Positions 25,332 through 38,885 of a stretch of DNA of 64,000 bases are shown here, piece after piece (positions within the stretch are counted from its first letter, which is position 1; every line of letters starts with the position of its first letter). Under the pieces are notes generated by a model. It did no database searches and was not told the DNA's origin. It was given only the letters and a program-made list of their open reading frames with translations. The DNA lies in the NCBI RefSeq assembly GCF_009914755.1, contig NC_060938.1. One strand, 5' to 3'. A program made the translations under genes and the position numbers. Source of the stretch: the human T2T-CHM13v2.0 reference genome, Homo sapiens.

Positions 25332-27427
25332 GTAACAAACCAACGATTACTCGCCTCACCCAATTTCCTTTTGATCTTGTTTCTAGTGTCTTATCTGCAT
25401 TGCAGGCTACTTTACTTATTAATGTTTTGAAAATCATTGGGAAGGGTTGGGTATCCAAGGGCGCCTGCTCTGTGATTTTGTAATACGATTTCTAGTAGGT
25501 GAAATATAAATCTATACCTAAGCACTTAATCTAGTAGTGAAAGCTTTGAGAATATGGATGTGCTCCACCCTGAGGATATTTTTTGAGAGCTAGGCGTGTG
25601 GAACCTGTCTGAAGATGCCAGAGATCAAAATTCTGTGTTTCCTTCAGGCTGTGGTTGCCACGGACCATTTGGTACCCAACCCTTTCCAGATTGTGAAGTG
25701 TGAGTGGGTGTTTGGTTTCCACCCATCATTTAAACCAAAGATCTTTTCTACCCTTTTCTACCTCTGGTGCCAGGTTGTTTTCCTTTCCTTGTTGTGGAGG
25801 AGCTTGCCAGATCTTTTTAGTAGTTGTAAATTACGCATCTGGAGACTTTGACTCGAAATGGAGTTTTCTTGGAACTTGGTTTGCATGAAAGGGAATACAT
25901 ATTGTCACGGCTGTGTGTCTTGAGATATGGTGTTTAACTGCCAGGACGTGCTTTTATGTAGCAGAATAAATCCATGAAAGAAGTCATTTTTATATCTAGC
26001 AGAACCAGGCTAAAACGATAGCCACCACCCAACATTCTCTCCAGCTGTATTGTCCCCGTCACGGACACGCAACTCCTTTGCGCGTTTTTTTGTTGTTGTT
26101 GTTTGTTTGTTTGTTTTATCCCTGTATAATAGATATTTTGAATTTTTTTTTTCCGGTGCCTTGATTTACAAGGAGCAGGTTGGATTTGCGACTGCCTAAT
26201 TAACATATTGGGTCTGGTATGTTAAAATGAGATTTCCATGGCCGGCTGAAGCAGAACAAATTTAGTTAACTTCCAAAGCCCTTTACCCTGGCGCCTTTTT
26301 TTCCCCTGAATTCCCTTTCGTCTTATCTCAGCGCCCGCCCCCATCGGAAAATTTCACTCCTTTCTCGAAGACATTAGAATTAACAAGATAAAGCACTTCC
26401 AAAGTAGTCTCATCAATGTTTTATTCCATAGTGAAGACGGTCTGAATAATTTAACTAAGGAGTGTTCGTTTGTCTCCCGCCTTTGGGAGCTGCTTGCTGG
26501 CTACATTCAGCGGAGGATTTGGCCCAGCCAAGCTCAGGGTCCCCTGCTTCAGGAGGCAGTGACTGGGGCTGCTGGGGGGCGGGGGGTTCTCTTTGCTAAC
26601 GCCGTTTAGGAAGTGTAGGGGCGCTGCCTGATTTTCCCCCACTCGCTGCATTTCTATAGATATCCATATGATGGCATTTGCAGACTTCTAGCTGGCCGAT
26701 AGCTGCTCTGCTTGTCCCTGCGCACTGACGTCCCCAACTCCTCTTCGAGTCTGGGCTCGGCTGCTGCTGCAGCCCTCGCAGGCTGGTGGTGCTACAAGGC
26801 CATGTATGCAGCGGGCTTTGGGGGCTGGGCTCTGCCACTGCAGCTGGCAGGACGGCTTTGACACTTTCTCCGGGCAGGGCGGAAGAGCTCAGCGGACCCC
26901 CTGGCAGACAGCAAGCGCATCGTGGCCGAGGCGGCCGCCTGGATGCGAGAGGAGGGAGATGCCCAGAGCCACAGAGGAGCGTGGAGGGCGGTGGTGTCCT
27001 GTCTTTGCCTGCAAAACCTTTCTCTCTCTCTCCCTCCCCGCGACAATGAATATTGAAGAATATGGAAGGAAAGCTGGCTACAAAAATGTCTTGATATTCA
27101 AATACTGCATGATTTATCAGGATTAAAAACCTGAAGCTAAGTGTGTATTTCCTAGATTTCCATTTATTCCTCTTTCTTCCCTCCCTTCTTGCTCTCCTCG
27201 GTTTGATCATGTCATTTATACCCGTATTGTTTCTAGTTGAAACACCTCTGTAAAGTCAACTAACCTCCCTCTCCCACCTGGTACCCAATAAACGTGAAAG
27301 AGGAGAACATGATTTCCACTCTTCAGATAGATTTGCTTTGTAACTTCTAGCTCCAGGGATAACCAAGGAATGATACAGAAGATATCTCGACTTTAACAGA
27401 ACTTTACCCCTCTGAGGTCCCAGGGAA

Positions 27428-27430
<3 letters not shown>

Positions 27431-27484
<54 letters not shown>
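27431..27484 (+). repeat. Pure poly(A)54
   Basis: read directly. Confidence 0.97.
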
Positions 27485-27486
<2 letters not shown>

Positions 27487-30057
27487 GTATTGCCTGGATT
27501 AAATAATGAAATAAATGAAAGGTAACAGATAATTGGGAATAAATTTAAAAAAGGATTTTTTTCTTTTATCTTCTCTCTTTTTTTTGTCTTTTAATGAATT
27601 TACTTCTAATCCTCTTATCACTCAGAAAATCTTAGAAATCTGATTTGTGTATTCTAAACGTCTGACAAGGACCCCACTTTGTCCTCCCAAATTACCCCAG
27701 AATACTATTACAACAGTATTGATATCATACTTACAATATTTGTTAGCAAGTAACTCATACCTATCTAGAGAGTGCACAAGAAAAAAGAAATGCTGGTGAA
27801 TATAGGTACTTGGAAAATAAGGTGTTTTCATCACCTCCCACCTATTTCACTTTCTTCTGGCCTTTTCCCACTAAGGACTCGATTTTTGCAGGTTAAGCTT
27901 TGTTCTTCCGCCCTCAGCCTCAGGGAAGGCAAAGCAAATGCATTAAAATGGATGCTGAATGCTCAGAAACCTGAACATAGATGATGGTGTGATGCATGTT
28001 TGAAAATGTCACTCATTGGTGCAGATTGGAGTTAGGTTAAAGGTCATAACTAAATAGAGCTACTAGCACAAGGTTACATGCACAGAAGTTCCTAAGGCGG
28101 GGGGAAAATATTTCTGCCACCTTTTTCTTCTCCCTTTTCTGGAAAAATGGAGAGGGTACAAGTTACTTTGAAAATCTAAGTCCACTGTCCTTGTTAAGAA
28201 TTGTCTTTAAGTAGAGCTGGCCTGGCTCACTAGCCTGGTTCATTGATGAGTTAACACTTCAGGTATTGATAGGAAATTTCCCAGCCAAAAGCCTCCTTCT
28301 TTGTAAGCCCTCTTTTAGTCACTATTAATAGGGACAGAACAATAAGATATCTATAAGAACAAGCATAAGCAGATAGGTGAAAAGAAGTTGTCACTTGATT
28401 CTTGTACCTCGGATAATTTCTTTTAGTCATTTTTTTCCCTTTCTCTTTTCAAGAGGAGAATGACCTTGAACACCAGCCTTCTGTTCTTTCACATACGTCT
28501 CTCCTTCCCTCATAGATCTAATGTGTATATGAGCACACACACCTTGTTTTTGAAATATGAGATTCCTGTGCTGGTGTTTTGGGAGAAGTTCATAAAGGTT
28601 TAGTTCTGACTGATAGCAGCCAGAAGTGATTTCTTTCCTTTTTCTCAAGAGGCGATGGCAAGACCTGTAGTTACCTGTGGGAGAATACCCCCACCCTATT
28701 CCCTCTTCAATTATTTTTGTCTCCTCTGTCATTAAATGGATTTTGGGTGTTAAAGCAGTATCTAGTTATGGCATTGGTGTTTAAATGATCTTCATATGTT
28801 ATATCATGTTTTATCACTCTTTCATCTTTTCATAAATGACCGTCATTTTCCTTTGTCCATTTATATCAGTGATCTGGATCTTCTTGCTGTTTGAAGCACT
28901 TTTGGCTTAGTAGTTTTGCTGAGTTTTCTTGCTGGTGAAATTGAGATCTTGCTTTCTGCTGACCTATTGCTGTGATATATGGTTGGGATGAGATGCTTGC
29001 AGGTATCTAACAATATTTCTGCCTCTACATGAAACTACTGCATAATATCTACTAAATTATATATTTAAAAATAAATGTGTCATAAATAAGATTGCTAATA
29101 AGTATTATTGCCAATTTTGAGGCTGGGAAAAGGAAGCTACTTGAAACTTCCTAAAGGCTTAACTGGCTAACCTATTAGCTTATTTCAGTGATTTTTATTT
29201 TCTGTTTACTTAAAAATGTAACATATTGGCGTTATCTTCAGGGTTTTGTATGTAGTATAATGAATTTTATGTTTTATGTATTATTGAAGAGTAAAACTGG
29301 AAATTTGGACCTTATAGGTGTGAGAGCCCCTAGAATACATAACTAGCAGATAATTTTGCTAAATCATTCCAATGACACACATGTGCATAACTCTGTCTTG
29401 TTCAACAAGCCTTGAGAGTGAGACTTCTTATTCTGGTTGCAGAGCCCACATTTTTATTCCCATGGCATCCTTCAATCACTGAGGACTATTTAGAACCTAA
29501 GGCTGTATAATTTGTTCATTACATGGTATGTGCATGGTGAAATTAAGAAGTATTATGTTCATAATTATTGAAGCTATTCCAGTTAGAGGTGAACCATTTT
29601 TAGTATGCTCTACCAACATAAATTGTATGTTATTATGAAAATTCCAGTTTCATATAACAGAAGACAGAAATATAAGAATTTAATTCAAAGATAACCAATG
29701 CTACTTTTAAGCTTTTTCATCATATTGTTGTGAAAGATACTGTGTTGACAAAATGATTTTTAATAAACATAATTTAATTTTACATAAACATTTTATGTGA
29801 CATAATTTAATACTAATTATGAAGTTGGTTAATAAGTGATAAAAATTACAATGGAATTACATGGTTATATAACTCTGCTGTCTATCATTTTACTGATTCC
29901 AAGTAAACCACATGAAAAGGATTTATTGTTTAAACTACAAACTACATTTGTAATATTTCTCAGAAATTGGTTTTCATAGACAATGTTTAAGTTACATGGT
30001 CATATTGGCAGGAAAATGTCAACCGACAAGTTTTGCTCTTCTTAGAAAATATGTCTT

Positions 30058-30233
30058 CTTTGGGCATATACCCAGTAATGGGATTTCTGGGTCAGATATT
30101 ATTATGGTTCTAAGTCTTTGAGGAATCACCACACTGTCTTCCACAATGGTTGAACTAATGTACATTCCAACCATGGCACATATTTACCTATGTAACAAAC
30201 CTGCACGTGTACCCCAGAACTTAAAATAAAATA
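30058..30233 (+). mobile_element. Miniature twin-primed L1PA
   Basis: inverted ORF2-end piece 30058-~30172 plus a sense 3' tip; TSD agaaaatat(g/a)tctt at 30044-30057 and 30234-30247. Confidence 0.9.
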
Positions 30234-31424
30234 AGAAAATATATCTTTTTACAAAAGAAATCTATCAAAACTCAAAGCTCACACTGTTCTTGCATTTTTT
30301 TTTGTGGGAACATATATATAATTTATTGCTCTAAAAAATCTTCCCAACAAATATTTCGAAAATGGCATTATAATCCTTGTGGAAAACAATTGTAGAATTT
30401 TGATAGAAAATGGAATCTATTTTAGATTTTACAAGAATAAAAGACTCTAGAAAAGAAGTAATACAATAAATGATTAAGGTTTCAGCATACTTTTAACAAA
30501 TTCTGGGAGCAGTTTCTGAATTCTTAGAAAAAAAACAAAAAAACTAATTCATTCAATAGATGCTCAATCAGAAATAGCATATGTAATCAGGAATGGAAGC
30601 CTAAACAATGCTGTTTATCTTGATCTATTTTCACTCCACCATGTTCAGCTCTTTTGAGGAAGTGCTCAAGAGCCTTGAAGGACAAACTTCAATTTACTTC
30701 TTGATTCCAGTCTTCATTTTTACTCCTTATTTTCTATCTTCAAGTAGGTTTTCCATGGATTTTAGTGGTATTACCTCCCGAGTAATAGAATATTTGTATT
30801 AATGTGATTTACTAGTGGGGACATACCAACTACATTACTGTGAAACCTAACTTTCTCTTATCTCCTTTGGAAATATAGGATGTGGTACTTTTCTTATTAA
30901 TTAGCTCTCCTTTTATTATTTTTTTGTGGTGTGAAGATTTGTCAAGTTTTTGAATGGTTTATTTGCACTTGTTTTTATTAGTGTTTAGACATTTGTACAG
31001 TAACATTAAAATACATATAATTTATATGGCAGCATTGAACACTACATGAGTAGTGCATATGCTTTATTTTACGTGGATAGATATCTTGACATCATTAATA
31101 TTTACAAATATTTTAATTTGGAATCCCGCACTCAACAAAAATAGGCCTAACTTTAAGTGAAAAGTTTAAGGTTATTTTTAGGAATTATGTTAGGATATTT
31201 GCCATGTATTGACTGTTCAAATATCAGGCACTTAAACAATATATTACTGGACATTGGGTCCTGACCTCAATAACTTATTTTCTTAGTAACATGAAAAATA
31301 TAAACAAATTAATAAGCTTGAAAGTAATTTATTAACTGAAACTTTTAGTTCTATTTTGATGTTCTACGCTTTGTAGTAGGAGAGAGAGAAGAAATTAAGA
31401 AATCATGGCTGTGTTTTGTAGAAG

Positions 31425-31635
31425 TTGGTATTGTGCAGTAGTTAGAAAAAGGAACTATGGAATTCTACCCCCCTTGGTCACAGCCCTGTATAACCTTGAA
31501 CAAGTCTTTGAACTTCTCTGAGCATCAGAATCCTCACCTAAGAAATAGGGCTAATAATATGACTTATGCAATCAGACGGTCTGGAGGTTTCAGTGATATA
31601 GTTCATTAGGCACCTGACTGTTATTATCATTATCA
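31425..31635 (+). mobile_element. MIR
   Basis: ctgtataaccttgaacaagtc...aacttctctgagcatcag...aaatagggctaataat. Confidence 0.75.
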
Positions 31636-31731
31636 CCATCACCATGATCATCTCATCATTAGCTAGCATGAGCACCAAGAGGGAAAGTATAAAGGAGGTA
31701 ATAATCGTATGGCTTCAAAAGCTCACCAGAC

Positions 31732-31870
31732 CAGGGGTCATAATATAGTCCAGTGTCTTCAGGAACCAGGCAGAAGATGTAAAGCAGAGAATCTAGCTGA
31801 GTTTAAGAAATCGTAGGCTGTATTTCTAATACTCTGGAGAATGCATGACTTAACCACAGATGTTCAAATT
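31732..31870. mobile_element. hAT-Charlie remnant (MER102-like)
   Basis: caggggtca terminus, ccaggcag...gtaaa, ctggagaatgcatg. Confidence 0.4.
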
Positions 31871-32594
31871 TATATTCATTTTAATCTCTGATGGACATGG
31901 CATTAGGCAACTTGTAAGTTCTCCTGACATATATATTCAATCTTAAATTTTTTTTAAAGCATCTCTGCCAAGTGGTCATCTTGACTAAGCTTGAGTAACT
32001 TTAGTGATTCCCAAATCACTCCAACTAAAATATATTATTTCACTTTTATATAGATGTATTATAATTTTCTCCTTTAACTTGAGCCAAAACTCTGGCATCT
32101 TGTTGCTTCTAATTATTTTTAGCATGGTTGAAAGAGGCACACAAGTCTAATTCCTGAGATAGTACTTCTAGTGTTTGCACTGAGTTCCTTGAAATTTCCA
32201 AACCACAATTGCTGTGCTTATGACTAAACATATCTTGGCCCTAAACTGGTTTGGGACAGTTTTCTGTATATCGTGATTTCAAGTCCTTTTACCTTTAATG
32301 GTTAATAAATGTTAGCTATCATTAGTCTTCATCATCACCATTTTCTGGAATGTTTTCATTTGTTATCCAAATTTTTGCTGAAGCATGACAACAACCACGT
32401 GGGTAGACTACTGTCGAGTTAAGCAGGGCCATTACTTCATTGCTTTTGGAGCAGAGAAAGCAAGAAAATGCTGTAACTCTCCAGCCGGCACTCATTTTAG
32501 ATGTTACCATTTGATCAATGTTTTCTTCTTGCTGATCCTGGACAAGGCATTCGGGTTCTTAACATATATACCTCTTTTTTAAAAAAATAAAAAT

Positions 32595-32766
32595 TATTTT
32601 TAAACATTTTTGTGGATACATAGCAGGTGTATATATTTCTGGGGTACAGGAGATGTTTTGATACAGGCATGCAATGTGAAATAAGCACATCATGGTGAAT
32701 GGGGTATCCATCCCCTCAAGCATTTATCTTTTGAATTACAAACAATCAAATTACACACTTTAAGTT
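32595..32766 (-). mobile_element. L1MA 3' end
   Basis: ggggtacaggagatgttttgatacaggcatgcaatg...ggggtatccatcccctcaagcatttatc. Confidence 0.88.
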
Positions 32767-34069
32767 TACCTCTTCAAGATGCAACAACTGGTCAATCCAA
32801 GTTTGATCACAGGATTAAACGTATTTGCTATTATGAATCTTGACACTTTTTGAACATTCAGATCATATGATTTACTCATGATGACAAAGTTACTTAAATC
32901 TTTCCCAATAAATAGAGAAAATTCACTCATACATTTTAATGTTATTGTTCATAATAAATATGAACAACAATGAAATGGAGCAACACAAGAAGAGTAAATT
33001 TTCACCTTACTCTAAGGTGACTGGCTGGCTGCATCATGAGCTGTCTGTTCTAGACAAGAATGACTCAAGCCCATTCTTTAATTCCTTTAACATTTATTTG
33101 GCATTTAATGCATACTTGGATTTTCTGCTAACCACTTCTCCTTTAAGTCACAGAAGCCAAAATGGCATAGATGCCACTCTAGAAAAGTTGCAGTCTAGAG
33201 TGAGAAACAAACATTCTTTCAGAGAGGAGCCCTAGTCCTTAATCAGTCTTGATGACATTCTCACACCTTTTCCTCTAGATGCCATTGATCTCTAGATTAT
33301 TTACTAAATTAAGTTTTGTTACCTCCTCCATTGTTTAATAAAATTGATGATTAAGCTCCTAGCAGTTTTTCAGCCTCTATATGAGGTTATCTAATTCCTA
33401 AAAGAGGGAAAAATAATTTGAATACAGAAGAAAATGACATGTAAACTTACTTGACTAAGTATCCTGGTAGAATGAGTCTTTTGGTTATCAGCATTATCCA
33501 TAGTCTTGAATGTTGTCTTTAGGCATCCTGTTTAAAAATTATTAAAAGTATTGCATTTGATGTGAATTCAAATAGTTGTCAAGATCAACACACCACATCT
33601 AGGTATAGTTATTTTCTTAATGACTCCTTCAATATATATGTTAGTGATTGCAGAAGACCCTTGGGACCAATCCAAGATATGTTTAAGGCAGTTTATAAAT
33701 TTGCCCCTTCTTTTATTCTTTCTGTCTCAACTGTAAAGTGTTTCTTCGATTTTCTTTGCTCTTATATAGCTAATTGTTGTCAGTGTACTTGCTTTCTTTT
33801 TAAACTTCCTGATAGGAACTTACTAAGAAAATAATAAGATTGCTAGGTATGTTGGTAAAATAAGGACCTGAGGCTGAATGAAAGTCTAAGGCTTCATCCT
33901 CTGGGACAAGCACATGAGCTTTCCCTGTACTTGATGAGGATAGCACTCAAAGATGCTAATATAACTTGGATAATATATAATGGATGATGATGATCATCAG
34001 CATCATCTTCATCATATTCTGAGAAGGTGGTCTTTTCCTGGCACTGTAGATTTTTACTTTTCTGTACTC

Positions 34070-34235
34070 TATGCACTAACCCTATAGCTTTATCATGATT
34101 GTCTCTGTTTTTTAGAGGAACATACTGAGGCCCAGGTGGTTAATTTGCTTGCCCATGATTATACAGCTAAGATGATAGGGCTAAAATTAAAATCCAAACA
34201 TTTTTGGTTCTAAAGAGGATGCTCTGTTGGCTACA
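34070..34235 (-). mobile_element. MIR
   Basis: actgaggcccagg...ttgcccatgattatacagct. Confidence 0.7.
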
Positions 34236-35034
34236 CCTAGGGGATTGCCCTTTTCTCCTGCTTATGGCTGTTTTCCATTGATTATTACAAAAAATGTGTT
34301 TTTAGTCTCCTTTAAGGATTATGAGCATCCTCTGATCATATATCCTATTTTTAGTTTCTCATGTGCTTTTGGTACTCTATGAACTGCCATGTCTGATATC
34401 TGTATGTTTATAAAAGCACTTTATCCACTAGGAGATTCTGTAGTTGTTTGTATTGAGAAGGTATTTGCATCCTGAGTCTGGGATATAAATATATACTAAA
34501 ACTTTTTGATAAAATAGTGTGATTTTGGGTGATTTGCCCTCTTTAATTTTCAGTTACCATCTGCAGGAGGGACTGACATGCCATTTAAATGGACTGGTAT
34601 GCTGTAAGTAATAAATAAATGTTCAGGTTAACATGTTTCCTAGTGCAAAGAATCAGAACATACTGCAATATCATGATGGGGTGAAACTTACAGATCATCT
34701 GTCCATCATGAACACTCTGGCATTTGTCTCATCATGTTCTACCTTCTACTCACCTCTTCTTTTGCTGTGCTACTTGTGTAGACTGCTGTTGATGCTCTTA
34801 ATGAGTGCTTCAGGTGTTACTCCTGTTACCTCTTCCGTTTGGCAGAGGGTGGAAAAGAAGGCACTTGACAAACTCATTTTCTCATCTTGAATCACTGTTG
34901 TTATTTCCATGACAGAGGGGCTAGATAATGGGCAGTCAAAATCTGGGCTTAATTCTAGATATAACTGTTATCAGGACAAATCTTTTCTAAAGTAAGCCCT
35001 GTCATGTTTTCCTATCTGTAAGCTACGTTGTTAC

Positions 35035-35512
35035 CTCTTGAATTCAAAATGGCCGCAAATTCATTGCAGTGCTTCTCATCAAGAATAGATGTGTGTTTCT
35101 CTTCTCTTTGAATCTGAGCTGGCCTTTTTACTTGCTTTCAACAACAGGGATTGCAGAGGTGATATGGTATAATTTTCAAGCCTAATCCTCCAGAGACTAT
35201 GTAGCTTCTACTCTGCTCTTTTCAAAAAATGTTACCATTATGTGAAGAAACATGGATTCCTCTGCTGAGGACAGGTGGCCTGGCTAACAGCCAGCTCCAA
35301 TGGCCAGACACGCAGATGAGGCCACCTGAGACCATTCACACATATTCAAACCTCCAGATAATTATAGTCAGAAGATTGACCCCAGGTGAGACCAGCAGAA
35401 GAACTAACCAGCTGAGGCTAGCCCAAATTGCTGACCCATAAAATCATAAACAAATAAAATGGTTGTTACTTTAAGCCACAAAATTATGTAATCAGAATAA
35501 ATAACTGAGACA
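35035..35512 (+). mobile_element. MaLR LTR (MLT1H-like)
   Basis: aaaatggccgcaaattc...tgaatctgagctggcc...cccaaattgctgaccca...tttaagccac...ataactgagaca. Confidence 0.8.
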
Positions 35513-36589
35513 CCTGTCTTAGGTACTGAGACATAGCCAGCCACCATACCTCTCTAGAAAAAAAGCCTGGCTCTCTTTTTAAAAAATATTTTCAACAAAT
35601 ATTTGTTAAATATCTACCATAGCTAAGCATGATGCCCCTCAATCCATGGATTCATATATTTTTGAGGCAGAATATGTTTTTTTCTTACACCTTTGGAAAT
35701 ATTTGCTGATTTCTCAGTAGGTAAAATTTTCTGTGATATTTCCTAACATGTGCATGATAAGTAATTTTGATTTGCCTAATTTATAACGTAGTGACTTATC
35801 ATTGTATTAGAGAAGCTTCTCTGAAAAGGTTTTCCTCTTGTGCTAGGAGTAATGCTATTCACCTAAAACCCAAGGGAAAATTTGGCTTTTTTTTCCTCCA
35901 AGTGGTATTTGGGCTGGTTTAGTTCAGTGTGGTATTCTGTAATTTCTCCAAGATTTCATTTTATCTTCTAATTATATTTTGGTGATTCATATTTACTACT
36001 CATTTCTTTTGTAAATTAAATCGATATTGCACAATTACTTTATTCTGGGCCTTGATATTCATCTTTTAGTAAATAATCTCATTTATGTATCAAATTACTC
36101 TACAGGAATTTGACATACTATTACAGGTATAATGAGGTGCAGGGCATAGGTCATGGGGCATTACAATTATAATTTCATAACTTTCTGATTATTATTTATT
36201 TGCAGAAAATAATTAAAATGAGTGTATTTGACTTCAGTGTTTGTATTTTTAGTAAAAGAGATGTATTTGTGAGGGGGTACCTGAAAATGCATGTCATATT
36301 CACTTAAATATTTTCTTCAAAGGTATTTTGTAATTGGGTTGAAAGCCTCCCTGGATTATGTTGAATATAAAATATTTTATTTATATTTTCTTTAGAATCT
36401 AATGTAAGATAGGTAATGTGTGGTATGCTTTTTATTTGAAATTTCTACTAGTAAATTCTAAAATAACTAGGTTTCATATGCTGCATATGGCAATATATGT
36501 ATATTGCAATATATGTACATATATATGTACATACATATACACATACACACTGCATATACTATGTGTATTATATACAGTACATAAACATT

Positions 36590-36760
36590 GATTTTCTTGG
36601 CATATTTCTCAGTTTCCTTATCTGTAAAATGGGGCTAATGTTGATGACCATCCCAAAAGCTGTTGTGAAGAGTCAGTGAAATAATGTATTCCTAGCACCT
36701 CACACAGCGACTGGCAAATAATGGAATGCTCAAACAGCACTAGCAATTATTATTATTATA
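36590..36760 (+). mobile_element. MIR
   Basis: ctcagtttccttatctgtaaaatggggctaat...tagcaattattatt. Confidence 0.8.
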
Positions 36761-38457
36761 TATTGAAAGTGAGAAAATTACAATTGTACATAAAGAATAA
36801 TTGCAAATATTTTTATGCATAGCATGATGGCTCTTTTAAAAAATACGTCTTTATATTTTACAGGTTAGACTGTAATATTTGGCCTTAGTAGATTGTCAGC
36901 TTTGAAATCTGTTTCTAGTTTATTCTATTGAGACACAGGACCAAAGGGATCTTATAAAACCATATCAAGGCAGTAAATTTCCTTAAAGATTGATACAGAA
37001 ATTGTTAAAAAAATAATTAAAATAAAAGCAAACTTTCCTACAGATCTACAGTAACTAACTATTGTTAAACTAACCGGGATATTTTAAAAGCAACGTCTCA
37101 AATAATATATAGTTCTAATAGGCAGGACCAATCCAGGTTGTTTAGGGTTTTGAAGTAACTTAATTTGGGAAATCTTTTAAAGAAAAAATTATGTAAAGTT
37201 ACAAACACAAAAAGTAGGTAAAGTATCTTGGAAGGGGCTTGTGTATACCATTGGTTTTGTGGTACATGTGTCACTCTTATTAAGGACATGTTCGAAGAAT
37301 TGAGGAGAGATGAGTAACTTGATTTTGTTTTCTATTTGGGAAAATTGATCTTATAGTAGCTTAGACTAATTTGTGTAACTTTTTTCCCACTGATGTCTAT
37401 CTGTTTAATAGTTCTATTTCTTTTTTAAATTGAAAATTAAAATATTGTTTAAATAGCTATGTGAGTATATGACTATCGCACTTATTATTCTATTGGGATC
37501 AAAATAAACGGACAAATGAAAATGTGTAATCGATGGCCAAGTTTTCCCAATGATGTTGGGGAAAGCAGTTTTTTTTTTCAATTCTAAGTGTTGTCTGTAC
37601 CATCACATTTTGAAAACATGGAATAAATAATTAGCTCTAATGTCTATATTAAACAAAGGAAGCAGATTCAAGGGCAATTTAAAACCAAGATAGGAAATTT
37701 AAGTGAAATATATCACTCTTGGTATAAAGTGTGTATTCAGGAGGTGTTGGTCAAATACATGAATTGATACATACATTAATAAAAAAATATTGATTTTGGA
37801 ATGTGGCCATAAAGCACTAAAATTTACTTATATGTACCAATAGAAGGAAACTAATTTTGTTTTTTATAGTCATTACCTCTATATTTGTGTATATACTTTT
37901 AGTGATAGCATTTTGTTTACATTTGAGGATACACGAAAAAGAAAAGAGTCCTAATTTTTGAAATATGAAAGAGCCTTTGAAAAACAATGTCATATCATTC
38001 TAAAGATTTTTTTCTATTTTCTGTGTCCCTATATCCCCTGTGTGAAATACAGTCTATATTGGGAATGAGAAATTAGTATCAAGTCTCTCAAACTGATTCA
38101 AAGCCCATAACACAAAACTTTCTTGAACAGGGTGATTGGTATTGTAGGATTATCAGTGATTCTTAAGTGGAGAAACTATGTGAGCTGAATTTAAATGGAG
38201 TTAGCACTCACTGTTGCTGAATTGGTGCTATCAATAGTAATTTGAAGATATGCTTTGCCATTTTAAACTGAAATGATAAATTGGCTATGTATCAGTCCAA
38301 GAAGGAGTTGAGACCTACAGGTGAACAATGTGTAAAAAGAGTGAGACAGGTGGAATTATATGACGGTCCCGAGCTTGTTGGAGTTCAGGTTCTGTAACTC
38401 GCATTTAACAGAATATTTTTGGTTTCAGCATCTAGAATTAAGGCTGGAAAATAGGGT

Positions 38458-38885
38458 TGTATCACTTAGAACTCATTTAGCAGGATGTGAAAAACTCAAC
38501 CTAAATTGCCTCAGCATCAAAGGAATTTTTTTGTTCAGACAACCAATCGCAGGATTATTTTCAGGCATAGCTTGGCTCAGTATTTAAAAAGTTGAAAAAT
38601 CAGGATGCAACTTTCAGCTCTGATTTGTCTCCATCGGTTCCTTTCTCAGATTTGGAGGGGTAGGTCAGGGTCGCTTCGCATTATAGCAACACCATGTCCA
38701 AAGGCTGACAGAGAAAGACCATGAAAGAGAGGAAGGAAGGGAGAGAGAAAGTGGGAGAAAGAAACTGTTTCCTGACAGTCCTAACAAAAATCCTTAAATT
38801 GATTCTTTTCAGCCCTAGTTGTTTGACTTGGCTCATGTTACCATCTCTGAACTTGGTTGGGAAGAATCAATGCACTATTTGATTT
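38458..38885 (-). mobile_element. Old MaLR LTR (MLT1K/L-like)
   Basis: ttcaggcatagcttggctcag...gacttggctcatgttaccatctctgaac. Confidence 0.6.

Larger units (their letters stand above)
21900..27050. promoter_or_regulatory. CpG-island promoter complex (sub-blocks ~21.9-22.5, ~22.8-23.9, ~24.8-25.3 and ~26.3-27.05 kb)
   Basis: sharp rise in GC and CpG density over AT-rich flanks; GC boxes (gggcgggg ~23833); no interspersed repeats recognised inside. Confidence 0.9.

Noticed and set aside
21568-27210. Many long ORFs (up to 235 aa) across the CpG island
   Set aside because: Overlapping on both strands, low-complexity, mostly non-ATG starts and no recognisable domain; expected from stop-codon scarcity in GC-rich DNA
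37123-37260. Possible hAT-Tip100 DNA transposon remnant
   Set aside because: Too diverged to assign a family or boundaries by eye
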